From NCBI GenBank assembly GCA_012518355.1, contig JAAYSP010000228.1, forward strand, positions 1 to 56,524: a stretch of DNA of 56,524 nucleotides, given 5' to 3'. The notes under the pieces were generated by a model. That model had not been told where the DNA came from and searched no databases. It worked only from the letters and a program-made list of their open reading frames with translations. The translations under genes and the position numbers were made by a program. Positions 29,209 to 39,152 of the stretch are shown here, piece by piece. Position 1 is the first letter of the stretch; each line of letters begins with the position of its first letter. This DNA is from a candidate division WS1 bacterium. GTDB taxonomy: Bacteria; Armatimonadota; Zipacnadia; Zipacnadales; UBA11051.

Positions 29209-30192
29209 TCAGACTACCCGAAGTTTTAGCAGATCCTGTATATCCACCACACCGACTGAGCGGCCTTGCTCGTCCAGTACAGGCAGGTTGTCCACTTCTT
29301 TTTTCTCCATGATATGGATTGCCTCGGTGGCCAGCGTATCGGGCGAGACAGTGACAGGGTTGCAAGTCATGACCTGGGACACCGGCTGGTCCATCACCTG
29401 ATCGCGGTTGGCCGAGGTTTGCATCAGCCTCCGCAGGTCGCCATCGGTGAAGACGCCCACAAGCCGACTGTCATGGTCTACTACGCTCACTATGCCCCTG
29501 ACATTGGCGGCAGTCATCACAAGCAGGCACTGTAGTACGGAAGTGTCAGGTGCGACTATCGGGTTGTCTTCACCAGTGTGCATAGCGTCAGCAACTCGGG
29601 TTAGTAGCCGCCGTCCGAGACTTCCCCCGGGATGGATGGCAGCGAAGTCCTCGCTGGAAAAGCCACGTGCGTGCATGACGGCCATGGCCAGCGCATCGCC
29701 CAGGGCCATCATCGTGACGGCTGAAGCAGTTGGCGCCAGCCCCAGCGGGCAGGCTTCACACTCGACCGAGGAGTCTATCACAGCATCGGATTGGCTGCCC
29801 AGCGTAGAGTTGCGCTCTCCGCAGATGGCTATAAGACCGATACCTCTGCGCTTGAGTGCCGGCAAGATCTGCGACAGCTCATCGGTCTCGCCGCTGTTGG
29901 AGAGCATGATGACTACATCGCCGTCTACCACCATCCCCAGGTCGCCGTGGATCGCTTCGGCCGGATGCATGAAGAAGGCCGGGGTACCGGTGCTGGCAAA
30001 CGTGCCGGTGAGCTTGCGGCCTACTGCTCCGGATTTGCCGATGCCGCAGAGCACGGCGCGCCCGGACATATCCAGCAGCATCTGACAGGCGTGTAGGAAG
30101 TCCTCTCCGAGGTGCTCCGAGGCCTGCTCGATTGCCCGGTATTCAATGCTAAGAGTTTTCCTGGCCTGAGTCAGTATCTGTTCAGAGTCCAT
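29209..30192 (-). CDS. kdsD: Arabinose-5-phosphate isomerase (KpsF/GutQ; SIS plus CBS domains)
   Basis: GIGKSG, STGTPA, HPAEAIHGDLG, SNSGET, EACPLGLAPT, HPGGSLG and FTDGDLRR. Confidence 0.95.
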   Translation of the reverse strand: MDSEQILTQARKTLSIEYRAIEQASEHLGEDFLHACQMLLDMSGRAVLCGIGKSGAVGRKLTGTFASTGTPAFFMHPAEAIHGDLGMVVDGDVVIMLSNSGETDELSQILPALKRRGIGLIAICGERNSTLGSQSDAVIDSSVECEACPLGLAPTASAVTMMALGDALAMAVMHARGFSSEDFAAIHPGGSLGRRLLTRVADAMHTGEDNPIVAPDTSVLQCLLVMTAANVRGIVSVVDHDSRLVGVFTDGDLRRLMQTSANRDQVMDQPVSQVMTCNPVTVSPDTLATEAIHIMEKKEVDNLPVLDEQGRSVGVVDIQDLLKLRVV

Positions 30193-30219
30193 AGTTCGAC
30201 TATTTCGCTTCCTAGCTTC

Positions 30220-31056
30220 CTATATTTCGCCATCCTGAACGGCTTCTCGCAGCCTCAGGAGGCGTTTTAGCAGTGCGGGGAGTTCATCCATCGGCACCAT
30301 GTTGGGCCCATCACAGGGGGCGTTGTCAGGGTCAGGATGTACTTCCATGAAAAGCCCATCCACACCGACGGCGATGGCTGCGCGTGCCAGGACGGGCACC
30401 AGTTCGCGCTGCCCATCGGATACATCGCCGGATCCGCTTGGGAGCTGTACACTGTGGGTGGCGTCAAACAGCACCGGGCGCCCCAGCTGGCGCATAATGG
30501 CCAGGCCGCGCATGTCCACCACCAGGTTGTGGTAGCCAAAACTGGTGCCGCGCTCAGTAAGACATATGTCTTCGTTGCCGGTGGAAGTCACCTTGCCGAC
30601 TGCGTGCGCCATGTCCTCGGGAGCCATGAACTGTCCCTTCTTGATGTTGACAGGCACACCGCTTTCACCGGCAGCCAGCAGTAGGTCGGTTTGTCTACTG
30701 AGCAGCGCCGGGATTTGCAGCATGTGTAGTATCTCGGCCGCGGCCGACACCTGCCATGCCTCATGCACGTCGGAGATTACGGGCACTTGAGCGCGGTGGG
30801 CAACTTTGGCCAGAATCTGCAGTCCTTTGCGCCATCCGGGGCCACGTGCAGACTTGATGGATGTGCGATTGGCTTTGTCGCAGGAGGCCTTGAAGATGAA
30901 CGGTATATCCAGCTCGGCAGTCAGGTCTCGGAGACGGGCGGCCATTTCGTATGTGCTATCTTCATCCTCTATCAGGCACGGGCCTGCTATCAGAGCCAGC
31001 CTGGGGCCTCCGATGACGCTGTCGTTTACCACTACCTGGCGCACTATGTCAGACAC
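30220..31056 (-). CDS. kdsA: KDO 8-phosphate synthase (metal-dependent type)
   Basis: AGPCLIE (metal-binding Cys), DKANRTS, NIKKGQF, TERG, DATHSVQ and EVHPDP..CDG. GTG start at 31056 with GGAGG. Confidence 0.96.
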   Translation of the reverse strand: MSDIVRQVVVNDSVIGGPRLALIAGPCLIEDEDSTYEMAARLRDLTAELDIPFIFKASCDKANRTSIKSARGPGWRKGLQILAKVAHRAQVPVISDVHEAWQVSAAAEILHMLQIPALLSRQTDLLLAAGESGVPVNIKKGQFMAPEDMAHAVGKVTSTGNEDICLTERGTSFGYHNLVVDMRGLAIMRQLGRPVLFDATHSVQLPSGSGDVSDGQRELVPVLARAAIAVGVDGLFMEVHPDPDNAPCDGPNMVPMDELPALLKRLLRLREAVQDGEI

Positions 31057-31825
31057 CTGTGTCTGCCTCCTCCACAAGTCTTCGTACTGTCTCGAGATTT
31101 TCCTGCGTATCCACACCTATAGGCGAATAGTCCACCTCTACCACTCGGATAGGACAGCCGCTCTCGAGTGCGCGCAATTGCTCCAGCCCCTCGGTCTGCT
31201 CCAGTGGGGTGCGGGGTAGGCCGGCAAGCCATAGCAGTGTTTCGCGGGTGTATACGTATAGGCCTATATGCTTTAGAGGCCACAGGCCGCAGGGATGTTG
31301 CCGTGGCGCGTCCGGCGACGGCTGGGCCCCGTCAATTCTGAAGTACGGGATGGCGGCTCTGGAAAAGTACAGCGCGAAGCCGGCCCGATCCACTACTACT
31401 TTGACTGTGGATGGCTCGAGATGCTCCCGGGTGTCTCTGATGCGAGTAGCGATGGTGCCCATGCGTAGCCCGGGCTCGCTACGAAACGGCTGCACAGCCG
31501 CCACGATAGCCTCGGGATCTATGAGAGGCTCATCACCTTGCACGTTGACGATCACATCATAGTCGGATTCAGCGGCTACCTCAGCGATGCGGTCGGTGCC
31601 GGATTGATGCCGGGCGTCGGTCATCCGGACTACCCCTCCAAACGCGCGCACGGCCTCGGCCACTCTTTCGTCATCTGTCGCCACTATCACTTCGTCAAAA
31701 CAGTCAGCCTCGACAGTGCGTTGGTAGACATGCTGCACCATCGGCTTGCCGGCGATAGGTGCGAGTACCTTGCCCTGCAATCGGGTTGAGCTGTAACGCG
31801 CCGGTATCAGCGCGGCCAGGCGCAT
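31049..31825 (-). CDS. kdsB: CMP-KDO synthetase
   Basis: IPARYSSTRLQGK, SGTDRIAE, NVQGDEP, LYFSRA, HIGLY and LEQLRALE. Confidence 0.96.
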   Translation of the reverse strand: MRLAALIPARYSSTRLQGKVLAPIAGKPMVQHVYQRTVEADCFDEVIVATDDERVAEAVRAFGGVVRMTDARHQSGTDRIAEVAAESDYDVIVNVQGDEPLIDPEAIVAAVQPFRSEPGLRMGTIATRIRDTREHLEPSTVKVVVDRAGFALYFSRAAIPYFRIDGAQPSPDAPRQHPCGLWPLKHIGLYVYTRETLLWLAGLPRTPLEQTEGLEQLRALESGCPIRVVEVDYSPIGVDTQENLETVRRLVEEADTGV

Positions 31826-31912
31826 GACATCACTTCTCTCTGAAGCCCATATGGGCTGATTATCCACGAAACTAACGGCATGTTTCGGCGCACTGTCATA
31901 CGAGCATGTATG

Positions 31913-32419
31913 TTAGTATTCGCCGGTATCAGGGCTAAAGCGGCGAGCTATGGCGCGGAAAACAGCGAACACCGGTATAGTCCACAGTGCTGTGACTATG
32001 GAGGTCATGGCAGTTAGGCGCAGCCATGAAAATACTTCGGGCGGTGGGGCCAGTATCAGGTTGATCAGTGAAGTGGCTATGGTGGCGATTAGGGCAGCGA
32101 TAATTGCAACTGTGATGCGGGTAGAAAACAGTCCGCTACGGAAAAATCCGGCCAGTAATCCGATGCCGATGTGAGTGATAAACTGACCGCCCATGCCCAG
32201 TGCTCCTACACTGGCCGACAGGTAGGCAGCGAAGAACCCCGCTACCAGGCCTGCTGACGGGCCCCGCACCAGTCCGATACTCAGCACTGCCGCGAGCGAT
32301 AGCAGCGGAGCGGCACCACCCAGCTGTAGCCATTCGGGCCAGGCGTACTGTGTGGCCACGCTCAGCAGTAGCAGTAGTGCGCTGATCAGATGAAACAAAA
32401 CTGTATCGCCCCCGGGCAA
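31913..32419 (-). CDS. mreD: Rod shape-determining protein MreD
   Basis: About 165-aa polytopic protein directly after mreC, with GxxxGLVAGF. Confidence 0.75.
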   Translation of the reverse strand: MPGGDTVLFHLISALLLLLSVATQYAWPEWLQLGGAAPLLSLAAVLSIGLVRGPSAGLVAGFFAAYLSASVGALGMGGQFITHIGIGLLAGFFRSGLFSTRITVAIIAALIATIATSLINLILAPPPEVFSWLRLTAMTSIVTALWTIPVFAVFRAIARRFSPDTGEY

Positions 32420-32428
32420 GCGCGGTGA

Positions 32429-33235
32429 CTACCTGGCACCTCTGACCACCAGTACGTAGTCTATCTTACCAAGATCTGCAGCAGGTTTGATGACAGCACG
32501 CAAAGTGCGACTGCTAGCAGGCGCGGTCTGGAGCCGGATCACAACTCCGATGGGCACGTTGGGCGGATACATCTCGCTGATAGCCGAAGTCACTATGATA
32601 TCACCTACTCTGACGTCGGCCTCTCCTCGTAGTTTTTCCATCTGCAGCAGCGGTTCGGTATAGTCTGACGACTCGAGACTATAGACCATTCCCTGGTCAC
32701 CAGAGCGCTGGACTACTCCGGGGACTGCATGGTCAGTGTGGCTCACAAGCAGCACTTCACCAACAGTTTTCTGAGCCGTCACTACGCGTCCCAACAGTCC
32801 CTTCTGCGTTCTGACCATGTTTCCCGCTTCGATGGTACGCCCATCCAGAGACTTGACGGTCAGCATCGTCCCTCCAGGGCTGCTTGACCTTCCTATGGCC
32901 CGGGCAGGCACCCCTTTGGCGTCTCCAGCGATGACGAAACCCAGTGCATCCTTGAGTTCCTTGTTTTCCAGATAGTAAGCGTGCAGTTGCAGCTTTTCCG
33001 CCTCTAACCGATCGACTTGCTCTCTCAGTTCGCGGTTTTCTTGCGTCAGACTTCGGGAGCGGGTCAGCGATACGACGACATCATGCGACCATTCGGTGGC
33101 CGAGGTGATCACCGCTTGCAAGGGCCAGACCACCCGCTGTGCTAGCCTTTCCGGAGCACTGTCGCGGCCTCCACGGCGAGCAGTGTGCTGCCAGAAAGTC
33201 AGTATCACTGCCAGCAGGCACAGAGCCACCAGCAA
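32429..33235 (-). CDS. mreC: Rod shape-determining protein MreC
   Basis: N-terminal TM, coiled coil LxxENxxL...ENxxLxxxL, GLLGRV, GDIIVTS and YPPNVPIG. Start uncertain (TTG). Confidence 0.88.
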   Translation of the reverse strand: MLVALCLLAVILTFWQHTARRGGRDSAPERLAQRVVWPLQAVITSATEWSHDVVVSLTRSRSLTQENRELREQVDRLEAEKLQLHAYYLENKELKDALGFVIAGDAKGVPARAIGRSSSPGGTMLTVKSLDGRTIEAGNMVRTQKGLLGRVVTAQKTVGEVLLVSHTDHAVPGVVQRSGDQGMVYSLESSDYTEPLLQMEKLRGEADVRVGDIIVTSAISEMYPPNVPIGVVIRLQTAPASSRTLRAVIKPAADLGKIDYVLVVRGAR

Positions 33236-33286
33236 TCTGGTATCGAGTTGCGAAGACTGTGGTTTGGTCAGGATAGTCGTGGCGTT

Positions 33287-34294
33287 TCACCCGCGTTGGT
33301 TGTGCAGGATGTCCAGGTAGCCCGCGGTGCCCAACACTACGCAAGTCAGCGGGTCTTCGGCAACATACACCGGTATGTCAGTCTCAGCGCTGATGAGTTG
33401 GTCCAGGCCCTGAAGCAGGGCGCCACCGCCGGCCAGTACGATGCCCCTGTTCATCACATCGGCAGCCAGCTCTGGAGCGGTGGCATCGAGCGTTTCTTTG
33501 ACCAGGTCAACAACTCCCGAGATCGGTTCGGATATCGCTTCACGAATGGCGCCCGAGTTGATGGTCACACTCGTAGGCAACCCCGAGACCAGATTTTTCC
33601 CTCGCACCTGCATAGACTCTTCTTCTTTGCGCGGGAAGGCCGAACCCAATCGAACCTTGATCTGCTCCGCGGTAGCCTCGCCTATGAACAGATTGAATTC
33701 ACGGCGGATATAGTTGGAGATGGCGTCATCTATCTCTTCCCCCGCAGTGCGCATGGATCGCTGGCTGCAGATACCGCCCAGCGAGATGACAGACACTTCC
33801 GTGGTCCCGCCCCCGATATCCACGATCATGTTGCCGACCGGCTCTGCAACTGGCAACCCTGCCCCGATTGCAGCGGCCATCGGTTCGTCTATGATCTCTG
33901 CCTCCCACGCTCCTGCCTGGCGAGCGGCATCCTCGACTGCGCGCCGTTCGACCTCGGTGATACCCGCCGGCACGCCGACGACGATGTGGGGGTGTGCAAA
34001 CCAGCGCCCTGAGTGGGCCTTGCGGATGAAGTAGCGCAGCATCGTCTCGGTGATTTCGAAGTCGGCGATGACCCCGTCGCGCAACGGTCGGATGGCCGAG
34101 ATGCGTGCGGGAGTACGGCCCACCATCCGCTTGGCCTCCTCACCGACTGCGCAGACGCTGTTAGTCTGATGGTCTATGGCCACCACCGAGGGCTCACGCA
34201 GCGTGATCCCCTGCCCACGGACATGCACCAGAGTGTTGGCTGTGCCCAGGTCAATCCCCATGTCACAGGACAAACGCGACAGCCAGTGCCGCAT
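33287..34294 (-). CDS. mreB: Rod shape-determining protein MreB
   Basis: [34 protein letters not shown] and GGGALL. Alternative start at 34354. Confidence 0.97.
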   Translation of the reverse strand: MRHWLSRLSCDMGIDLGTANTLVHVRGQGITLREPSVVAIDHQTNSVCAVGEEAKRMVGRTPARISAIRPLRDGVIADFEITETMLRYFIRKAHSGRWFAHPHIVVGVPAGITEVERRAVEDAARQAGAWEAEIIDEPMAAAIGAGLPVAEPVGNMIVDIGGGTTEVSVISLGGICSQRSMRTAGEEIDDAISNYIRREFNLFIGEATAEQIKVRLGSAFPRKEEESMQVRGKNLVSGLPTSVTINSGAIREAISEPISGVVDLVKETLDATAPELAADVMNRGIVLAGGGALLQGLDQLISAETDIPVYVAEDPLTCVVLGTAGYLDILHNQRG

Positions 34295-34360
34295 GGTCCT
34301 GGATATCTTTCTGTAGGCCTTGGATATCAGGCCATCGTTCACATAGTCTAGCACTTGAAC

Positions 34361-35080
34361 TCAGTGCACCTCATCACTCGGTTGGCTTTCTTTAGCCTCT
34401 TGCAGGCTCCATCCCAAAGTGTGCAGCATAGCCACAAGCTTGTCAACAGGTAGGCCGACGATGTTCAGGTACGACCCTTCTATACGGTCAACCAGACTGC
34501 CCCCGAGGCCTTGAATTGCATAGGCTCCGGCTTTGTCCATCGGTTCTCCGCTCTCGACGTACTGGTATATTTCCCGGTCGTTCAGTGGGCGGAAAACCAC
34601 CACTGAAGTCACGTAATCTTCGCTTGCGAGCCGTACTGTAGAGCCGTCGGAGTATGCGATCACCAGTGCTGTGATGACCTGGTGGCTCCGACCGCTAAGT
34701 AGCCTCAGCATCCGTACAGCGTCGCTGTCATCTATCGGTTTTCCCAGCAGATAACTGTCTACTGATACAACCGTATCGGCTCCTATCACCAGCCGACCAG
34801 GGCAGTCGCCTGCTACATCCACGGCTTTGAGCCGGGCGGCCTTCAGGGCAAAACACGCTGCTGTGTTGTCCGCGGTGTCTATGCCACTAGCATCCTGAGT
34901 TTGACGCCCTGTCGCAGTGTCCAGTTCCTGTTCGGCAGCGCTTGTGCGGACGACAAACGGCAGCCCGGCCTGTCTCATGATATCACGGCGCCGGGGCGAC
35001 GCGGAGGCCAGTATCAGGGGCTTGCTCAGTGCCTCCTGGAAGTCGGTCGGAGGCCTGACGGGTCCGGTTGAGATGCTCAT
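34361..35080 (-). CDS. maf: Maf nucleoside triphosphate pyrophosphatase
   Basis: LILASASPRRR, IGADTVV, LGKP, LSGRSH and DKAGAYAIQG. Confidence 0.93.
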   Translation of the reverse strand: MSISTGPVRPPTDFQEALSKPLILASASPRRRDIMRQAGLPFVVRTSAAEQELDTATGRQTQDASGIDTADNTAACFALKAARLKAVDVAGDCPGRLVIGADTVVSVDSYLLGKPIDDSDAVRMLRLLSGRSHQVITALVIAYSDGSTVRLASEDYVTSVVVFRPLNDREIYQYVESGEPMDKAGAYAIQGLGGSLVDRIEGSYLNIVGLPVDKLVAMLHTLGWSLQEAKESQPSDEVH

Positions 35081-35091
35081 GGTGCGGCCTC

Positions 35092-36801
35092 TCACTGCCT
35101 TCCGGTGCGCAAGATACTGATGAGTAGCCAGGTGCCTAGCAGAGCACCGGCCACCAGATACGCGGTGGTTAGGATGCTGGCTATGGGATTGTCTGAGTCT
35201 GAGCTGGAGGCCAGCAGCGCCGATGACAGTATGATCGCTGATATCAGTATGGCCGCTGAAAGTCGGGTCACGATGCCATCGATTCTACGTAGAGGACGGT
35301 CCAGGTTCTCATGGTTGACACGTATCAGCAGCCGTCCCGAATTTGTCAGGGCCAGAGCTTGATTGACTTGCCGCGGCAGCAGGCGTACATGGCGCAGCAA
35401 CTGCCGGCCCAGTCTCATGCCCTGGCGCGCAAGGTTGTGTGGGTGCAGCTGGCTGATGAACATCCGCCTGATCATCTCTTCAGCGATGCCCTCGTACTCG
35501 AACTCCGGATCCAGTTGCAGGCACAGCCCTTCACTGACCACTACTGCTTTGGCCATCGAGGCGAACGCAGTAGGCACCACCAGGTCGTGTTGCATGATCA
35601 GCTTGAGCAATTCCTGCAGGATGTGGCCGATGCCGACATCCGAGCTGCGATGCAACTGACCATACATCTGCATCAGGCGGTCTATGCTGTGCTCCAGCAG
35701 GTCTGTGTCCACATCCTGCTCGGCTACACCGATGTCCATCAGTATGTCGGTCACCTGGGTGGCATCACCGTCAAACCAGGCCCATAGCATCTGCACGATG
35801 GCGGTTCGCAGGCCCTCGCCGATGGTCGTAGCGTAGCCGCTGTCGAGCAGAGCGATGGTGCCATCGGCCATGAACAGCACATTGCCACCGTGTGGATCGG
35901 CATGGAAGTAGCCGTCCAGCATCAACTGATGCATCATCATGCGGGCTACATTGGCAGCCGCTTGCTTGCGGTCCAGACCGTGTACCGCGAACGCCTCTTC
36001 ATCATCAGCACGAAAGCCGTCTATCCACTCTACGGTGAGCACGCGGGTGGTGCTATAGCGGCTGTGCACCTCAGGTATTTTGACGAAGTCGAGCGCCTCC
36101 ATTTGATGGCGGAAGCGCTCCGTGTTCTGCGCCTCGACACGAAAGTCCAATTCGTTGAGCAGATAGTAGCGGAACTCCTCGACCTGTCGAGAGGCGTGTT
36201 TGCGGCGCAGCCAGGCGTTGTGGCGCTCAGCGAACTCCACAGCTGCAGTCAGGATTTGCAGATCGGTGCGGCAGGTGTCTTCGGCCTCGGGGCGCTGAAT
36301 CTTGACGGCGACCAATTCACCCGAGTGCAGGCGGGCCCGGTGCACCTGCGCCAGAGAGCCGCATGCTACCGGTTCTTGCTGGAACTCTGCGAAAAGCTCG
36401 TCCACATCGGCGCCCAGCTCTTCGATTATGACTTGCTGGACCTGGCTAAGCTCACACGGGCCGACTCGATCCTGCAAAATTCGCAGTTCGGCCACATACT
36501 CATGTGGCAGCAAGTCGCTACGAGAACTGAGCATCTGGCCGAGCTTGACCGCAGTTGGCCCCAGCTCTTCCAGTGCCATGCGCAGCCGCACCGGTGCCTC
36601 GAGTTTGGCTGTCTCCGGGTCAGGAGTGCCGGTGATGCTGTCAGGCAGAATTCGTTCCAGCCGATCGAGGATGGAAGAGAATCCGAAACGGACCAGCACG
36701 CTGGTTATGTGGGCCAGGCGGGCAGGCCAGTGTTCAGGGCGGCGGACGGCTCGGTCGCTGCCTGATTTGCCTTCACTGTATGATGTTGAGTCCTGCTCCA
36801 C
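35092..36801 (-). CDS. ABC1/AarF/UbiB family atypical kinase
   Basis: LGPTAVKLGQMLS, GSLAQVH, VAVKIQRP, FHADPHGGN and two C-terminal TMs. GTG at 36801 is the probable start. Confidence 0.93.
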   Translation of the reverse strand: MEQDSTSYSEGKSGSDRAVRRPEHWPARLAHITSVLVRFGFSSILDRLERILPDSITGTPDPETAKLEAPVRLRMALEELGPTAVKLGQMLSSRSDLLPHEYVAELRILQDRVGPCELSQVQQVIIEELGADVDELFAEFQQEPVACGSLAQVHRARLHSGELVAVKIQRPEAEDTCRTDLQILTAAVEFAERHNAWLRRKHASRQVEEFRYYLLNELDFRVEAQNTERFRHQMEALDFVKIPEVHSRYSTTRVLTVEWIDGFRADDEEAFAVHGLDRKQAAANVARMMMHQLMLDGYFHADPHGGNVLFMADGTIALLDSGYATTIGEGLRTAIVQMLWAWFDGDATQVTDILMDIGVAEQDVDTDLLEHSIDRLMQMYGQLHRSSDVGIGHILQELLKLIMQHDLVVPTAFASMAKAVVVSEGLCLQLDPEFEYEGIAEEMIRRMFISQLHPHNLARQGMRLGRQLLRHVRLLPRQVNQALALTNSGRLLIRVNHENLDRPLRRIDGIVTRLSAAILISAIILSSALLASSSDSDNPIASILTTAYLVAGALLGTWLLISILRTGRQ

Positions 36802-37825
36802 AGTTGGAGCACCTGCCCTCTGAGAGACAGTCGGGTCGCGCCTGGAAGCCGCTGCGGCTGACTGCCACCGCATCGCAGGACGGGCAGCGGGTGTCGGTTG
36901 TGCCATCCAGGTGCAGATTGCCGATGTATACGAACTTCAGTTTGCTAACTGCGATCTCATGAGCGCGTTTCAGGGTGGCGGCCGGTGTGGACGGGGCATG
37001 GAAGTCATGGGCAGGCCGATACGCGGAGAAGTGTACCGGCATGTGCTCCGACAACCCTGCAGCCCAATCCACGAGAGTCTCTATCTGCTCGTCACTATCG
37101 TTTTCGCCCGGTATCAGCAGATTTGTGATCTCCACATGACAGTGGGCCATAGCGGCTTCCACCGTATCTCTGGGATGCTGTGCGCGCCCGCCGCACAACC
37201 TGCGATAAAACTCATCGTCCATAGATTTTATGTCCACATTCATAGCGTCAAGATGAGGCAGAAGCGCCTGGAGCGGTTCGCTTTCGACGATGCCGTTGGT
37301 GACCAGCACGTTTTTCATGCCCTCCGCAGCTACCAGCGGAGCCGTGTCGGCCAGATATTCGTATGATATGAACGGTTCGTTGTAGGTGTAGGCGACACCC
37401 AGGTTGCCCTGTGGCCTGCAGTTGACGGCCATTTCGACCAGCTTTTCGGGGCTGATATACTCGCTAAGCGGACGGCCCTGGGATATCTGCCAGTTCTGGC
37501 AGAAGCTGCAGCTCAGGTTGCACCCGAAGCTTCCCACTGACAGGATTGGCCTGCCCGGGTAGAAGTGGTACAGCGGCTTTTTCTCGATGGGGTCAAGCGC
37601 CAGAGAGGTGACCTGGCCGTAGTTGGCAGAGTAGAGAGTACCCTCGTGGTTTTCTCTTGCCCCACACAGCCCTGTCTTACCCGGGCGAATTCGGCAATGC
37701 CAGGGGCACAGTAGGCACTCGACATCCTGCTGGCTCAGGTTGCGGAAGTAAGAGGCTATGTGTAGATCGTCGCGGTCCATAGGCTGGAACTCCAGGTGGA
37801 GCATGTATGGTCTAGGTGGCGCCAT
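36773..37825 (-). CDS. amrS: AmmeMemoRadiSam system radical SAM enzyme
   Basis: CLLCPWHC, DPIEKKPLYHF, CNLSCSFCQN (CxxxCxxC), YTYNEP, YIGN and C-terminal CxxC pairs. Confidence 0.92.
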   Translation of the reverse strand: MAPPRPYMLHLEFQPMDRDDLHIASYFRNLSQQDVECLLCPWHCRIRPGKTGLCGARENHEGTLYSANYGQVTSLALDPIEKKPLYHFYPGRPILSVGSFGCNLSCSFCQNWQISQGRPLSEYISPEKLVEMAVNCRPQGNLGVAYTYNEPFISYEYLADTAPLVAAEGMKNVLVTNGIVESEPLQALLPHLDAMNVDIKSMDDEFYRRLCGGRAQHPRDTVEAAMAHCHVEITNLLIPGENDSDEQIETLVDWAAGLSEHMPVHFSAYRPAHDFHAPSTPAATLKRAHEIAVSKLKFVYIGNLHLDGTTDTRCPSCDAVAVSRSGFQARPDCLSEGRCSNCGAGLNIIQ

Positions 37826-38156
37826 GTCGCGGTACGATGTGCTATACCGGCGCTCACTGGGCGACCATTTCTGGGGCCATGTACTCCGGTATCACCGTGA
37901 ACCCTTCCAGACAGGCGTCGCTGACATATCGCCTTCGGGCGCAGTTGCGCCATCTGTAGCTGCAGCCTGGTGGCTGGCCGTGTCGACACAGCCTTACAGT
38001 GACACAATTTTATGGCGGCGGCCCGAGGGCTAAGCGCGTTTCCGGTGTCCTCAGATGGGGTGAGGTTGACCGGGGCGGTATGAATAGCAGGTTCCGGACA
38101 GCGCACAGGCCTAAACACAGGTCGCCAGCCGTCAGATGCAGCGGTCGATCTGCCCG

Positions 38157-38921
38157 CTATTCTCCGAACGGTGGCTCGTTCTGTATTTCTGTGATGAGTG
38201 CATCGGCTGCTGCCACCTGTGCATCGGTGCCCTCGACCAAAAGACGTGCGGCTCCCTCTGCACCACAGACCCCGCCCGAACCGATCTGGTGGCATTCCGC
38301 GCCGGTCAGAAGTTTGAGGGCCTCCAGCTCGGTGACGATCTGCCCTTCCATTATCCACAGGCTCGGTATGTGCGGTTTGCTCAGCTCGGGCATAGCAGCG
38401 AGTTTGCGTGCGGTGTCTCGCAGTGAACCGGCCACTTGCTTTTCCAGGCCGATGGGTATGATTGCATGCAGTCCACGTCCATATACGGGGCCTGCAAGTG
38501 CGCCCCAGGTGCCGCCAGCGGGGTGTCCGACCAGCAGACCGGCGCAGCCAGCAGCATAGTCTAGCGCGTTGGCGCCCTTGATGACGATATCACCGGCACT
38601 CATCATGGGAGCTGCCTTCTTCACGCCCAGGCCAAGCACTGGTGCGCCATTTTTGAAGACTACTTCCTCCATCTGGCCGGAGAAAACTTCACTGGTATCT
38701 ACATCAGGTGGTGTGGTTTTCCCCAGACAGTAGGCGCCCTTATCTATCGGCCGACCGAATAGCTCTTCGAGTATGTAGGCGTTTGTGGTGCCCTTGCCTA
38801 CTGCAATCATACCCTGTTGCATAGCTGTTTGTACACAGTCCATCTGGGCGACCGCTTTGGCGATGAGCCGCTTGCCGGCTGCCACGGTCACCACGTAACT
38901 CCTGATACATCTGTCACTCAC
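38157..38921 (-). CDS. Conserved hypothetical protein
   Basis: KRLIAKAV, GKGTTNAY, IKGANALD, HPAGGT, IPIGLEK and GSGGVCGAEG. GTG start supported by an RBS and an upstream promoter. Confidence 0.8.
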   Translation of the reverse strand: MSDRCIRSYVVTVAAGKRLIAKAVAQMDCVQTAMQQGMIAVGKGTTNAYILEELFGRPIDKGAYCLGKTTPPDVDTSEVFSGQMEEVVFKNGAPVLGLGVKKAAPMMSAGDIVIKGANALDYAAGCAGLLVGHPAGGTWGALAGPVYGRGLHAIIPIGLEKQVAGSLRDTARKLAAMPELSKPHIPSLWIMEGQIVTELEALKLLTGAECHQIGSGGVCGAEGAARLLVEGTDAQVAAADALITEIQNEPPFGE

Positions 38922-38976
38922 AATCCTCACTCCAGCGCTTGTGATGCAGTGCAAACCGAACGCAGGCAACTGCAAA

Positions 38977-39006
38977 AGTATATCAGTTGGTGAGGTGTGT
39001 TGGCAA
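38977..39006 (-). promoter_or_regulatory. Sigma70 promoter
   Basis: Minus strand TTGCCA-N18-TATACT with an extended TG. Confidence 0.55.
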
Positions 39007-39092
39007 GCCACAACGTAGATGGTCTCGGTTGCTACAGCCGAGTTTGCTTGCTCGCTGGCGCCCTCATGCATCATGAGTGAGTACCGCATAGC

Positions 39093-39126
39093 AAACACAG
39101 GGCCTGCGGAGATGCAGGCCCTGTGT
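39093..39126 (-). terminator. Intrinsic terminator hairpin
   Basis: Perfect 13-bp inverted repeat ACACAGGGCCTGC / GCAGGCCCTGTGT with a 6-nt loop and a short T run, just after the 39153 stop. Confidence 0.75.
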
Positions 39127-39152
39127 CGCTCAGCTTGAGCCCGGTAGTGTCT

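Noticed and set aside
37826-38156. Possible ncRNA (SRP, 6S or riboswitch) upstream of amrS
   Set aside because: No diagnostic motif recognised; an Rfam scan would be needed.
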